DNA of 64,000 bases, taken from positions 9,657 to 73,656 of IMG/VR virus record IMGVR_UViG_3300004369_000009; one strand, written 5' to 3'. The notes beneath the pieces are model-generated. The model ran no database searches. It was not told the origin of the DNA and saw nothing but the letters and a program-made list of their open reading frames with translations. This stretch comes from a virus. The translations under genes and the position numbers were made by a program. This document shows positions 62,445 through 64,000 of the stretch, piece after piece (positions within the stretch are counted from its first letter, which is position 1; every line of letters begins with the position of its first letter).

Positions 62445-62902
62445 AGTGCTACGGCTCCGTAAAGATTGTTTGGGAGCCCCTCTAAGGTAATTATAGAGGA
62501 ATGTTCTGGGATGACAACCTTTAAGTTACCGTTGATACCTTTCTTAACTTTCTTCCAGTAGGCTTCCTTCCTTACCCAGATACCATAAAATTCCTCTGCC
62601 GTTCTCACCTGCTCCTCTTCTGAAAAATACCTACGGCAAAGTTTTTCAAATTCTCTCGGACGCCCAACTTCAATGTCTACCCCAATCTGCTTGGAACCTA
62701 CCGCAATCGCGACATAATCGTCACTATCGGATTTACTCCAATGTACGTGGGCGGGCAAATGACAATTGAGCTTACCCTCTAACCAGTCTGCGATACACAA
62801 TCGGATTAACTCGGAATGTGTAACACGGGGGTTATCAAAAAGGTAAACTCGGAATTTTTTCTCGGAAAAAATTTTGAGAATAGGGATCCTATGAAAAAGC
62901 AT
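62441..62902 (-). CDS. 4'-phosphopantetheinyl transferase (Sfp/HetI-like, truncated)
   Basis: HWSKSDS..VAIAV, IGVDIE, RRYFSEEE, FYGIWVRKEAYWK...GI match the PPTase motifs GxDxE and WxxKEAxxK. Confidence 0.85.
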   Translation of the reverse strand: MLFHRIPILKIFSEKKFRVYLFDNPRVTHSELIRLCIADWLEGKLNCHLPAHVHWSKSDSDDYVAIAVGSKQIGVDIEVGRPREFEKLCRRYFSEEEQVRTAEEFYGIWVRKEAYWKKVKKGINGNLKVVIPEHSSIITLEGLPNNLYGAVAL

Positions 62903-62964
62903 TGGCGTTCGTTCGAGGGGGCGAGAGCAAGACTTTATAGATTAGGCTTGCGGGTCCCTTTTAG

Positions 62965-62995
62965 CTAGGGGGGGGCGCCCACGGCGGGCGCCTAG
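62965..62995. terminator. GC-rich hairpin at the end of the early gene block
   Basis: GGCGCCC-ACGGC-GGGCGCC stem flanked by CTAGG/CCTAG. No U-tract follows, so terminator function is uncertain. Confidence 0.35.
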
Positions 62996-63004
62996 TGTGA
63001 TTCT

Positions 63005-63244
63005 TCAGAGGTCGTCCATCATGTCGTTGATCTCCAGTCCGTCGATCGCGGGGTCATCCCAGCGGCAACCGTCAGGGGTCTCTTTGCTGCCGCACTCCCA
63101 GAGCATTGCCACCAGATCCTGATAGGAGCGCCCACGGCGTGCCAGGCGGCGTGCCTCATTGTACAGACCCTCATCGTTCTGAATCCAGAGGGACACGTTC
63201 CAGGTCTCCCAGTTTGCCCATCCGTTGTAGGTTGCTGCGGTCAT
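63005..63244 (-). CDS. Early hypothetical protein (YNGWANWETWNV family)
   Basis: 79 aa; motif typical of cyanophage early genes; promoter upstream. Confidence 0.85.
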   Translation of the reverse strand: MTAATYNGWANWETWNVSLWIQNDEGLYNEARRLARRGRSYQDLVAMLWECGSKETPDGCRWDDPAIDGLEINDMMDDL

Positions 63245-63269
63245 GGTCTGTCGTTTGTGTGTTGTGTGT

Positions 63270-63327
63270 ATTGTAGAGCCAGGGTCGTCCCCTCTAGGGG
63301 GATGGTGGACAGTGCCTCCACTGTCAC
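63270..63327 (-). promoter_or_regulatory. Early promoter: -10 TACAAT with upstream inverted repeat GTGGACAGT-N6-ACTGTCAC
   Basis: -10 at 63275-63270, motif at 63305-63327; the same layout recurs at 63672-63732. Confidence 0.65.
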
Positions 63328-63431
63328 CACCAGGGGGTTCGGTTGTTGACTTTCATGCCCAAGGCAGCACACAGCATGGGGAACCCGATAGCAACGATCA
63401 TCAGGAGGGCAGCGGCGAGGTAGTGGTTCAC
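63324..63431 (-). CDS. Small membrane peptide (35 aa)
   Basis: GTG start overlapping the upstream TGA; MNHYLAAALLMIVAIGFPMLCAALGMKVNNRTPWW has one hydrophobic segment. Confidence 0.5.
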   Translation of the reverse strand: MNHYLAAALLMIVAIGFPMLCAALGMKVNNRTPWW

Positions 63432-63649
63432 TTGGCAACCCCAAAGACGAGATCAGCGATAGCGGCGGTGTTCTCATCGGCGCGACACCAGCGGACGGGC
63501 TCTCCCTTCTGGGGGCACATCCAGATCATGCAGGGCTCGCCTGTGAGTTGTGCCAAGCGGTAAGCGTGGTTCATGTCGGTCGCCCAGTCGCAACCGTGAG
63601 GATCGAACTTGCCCCATGCTGCGGGTTGAACTGCGATGGCGTTGGGCAT
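63428..63649 (-). CDS. Early hypothetical protein (73 aa)
   Basis: Start reassigned to MPNAIAVQP, downstream of the TATAAT promoter and an A/C-rich leader. Confidence 0.75.
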   Translation of the reverse strand: MPNAIAVQPAAWGKFDPHGCDWATDMNHAYRLAQLTGEPCMIWMCPQKGEPVRWCRADENTAAIADLVFGVAK

Positions 63650-63671
63650 TGTGCTTTGCTTTGTTCCCTTA

Positions 63672-63732
63672 ATTATAAGGGCACGATGGGGACAGATCGG
63701 GGGGACAGTGGACAGTCCCCCAATTGGTTCAC
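63672..63732 (-). promoter_or_regulatory. Early promoter: -10 TATAAT with GTGGACAGT-N6-ATTGGTTCAC motif
   Basis: -10 at 63677-63672; GTGGACAGT at 63708-63716. Confidence 0.65.
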
Positions 63733-63893
63733 TTCCTGAGCTCGTGCTGTGCTGCCAGGATGATGTCAGCAGTGATGACCCGAAGGGGACGGATCGGCTC
63801 CCAGGCAACGTACAGCACGAGAGCCGCCACAACGATCTTAAGCATGGTCTGGCGATGGTAGGATGCAGAGCGGGACTTAGTGAGGGCTTTCAT
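63729..63893 (-). CDS. Early small membrane protein (54 aa)
   Basis: MKALTKSRS...MLKIVVAALVLYVAW; ATG lies 2 nt after the upstream stop. Confidence 0.65.
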   Translation of the reverse strand: MKALTKSRSASYHRQTMLKIVVAALVLYVAWEPIRPLRVITADIILAAQHELRK

Positions 63894-63895
63894 GA

Positions 63896-64000
63896 TCAGT
63901 CGCGGTCGCTGATGTTCCAGATCCCCCACTGTCCATCGTTGGCGTGGGCGTCGCGGGTCTCGATCGCTTGGAGACGCTGGGCGCTGGTGTAGGTTGCCCA
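63896..64000 (-). CDS. 3' end of an early hypothetical protein
   Basis: ...WATYTSAQRLQAIETRDAHANDGQWGIWNISDRD*; open to the window edge. Confidence 0.6.
   Translation of the reverse strand, partial: WATYTSAQRLQAIETRDAHANDGQWGIWNISDRD

Noticed and set aside
63241-63992. Longer or opposite-strand ORF calls in the early region
   Set aside because: They are spurious frames in GC-rich sequence that run across promoter motifs; the shorter minus-strand genes fit the promoters.
1-64000. tRNA, rRNA, CRISPR array, intron/intein or homing endonuclease
   Set aside because: None was recognisable; intergenic gaps are short and the large genes are uninterrupted. This was by eye, so not exhaustive.

Overview
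This window comes from a T4-like cyanomyophage (Kyanoviridae-type) genome, and almost all genes lie on the minus strand. Reading in transcription order from the right, it holds: GC-rich early genes with repeated promoter motifs; an Sfp-type 4'-phosphopantetheinyl transferase; PAAR, gp25, gp6, a 4445-aa gp7, gp8 and a VrlC-like protein; tail-fibre genes of 562, 2394 and 3633 aa; three glycine-rich adhesin-like paralogs; a late-promoter cassette of two flavin-dependent halogenases and six 2OG-Fe(II)/JmjC oxygenase-like genes; and a >1300-aa subtilisin/Ig-like protein that the ORF track missed. The most striking observation is a set of ten alpha-helical domains in the 3633-aa fibre (4 copies) and gp7 (6 copies). 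By eye they align with the phycobiliprotein beta-subunit core. All ten keep both bilin-attachment cysteines (beta84- and beta155-like) and the Asp87-like residue, and nine keep the Asp39-like residue. The domains are nested inside one another. This suggests virions that may carry bilin chromophores. All family assignments come from reading motifs by eye; no database searches were run.
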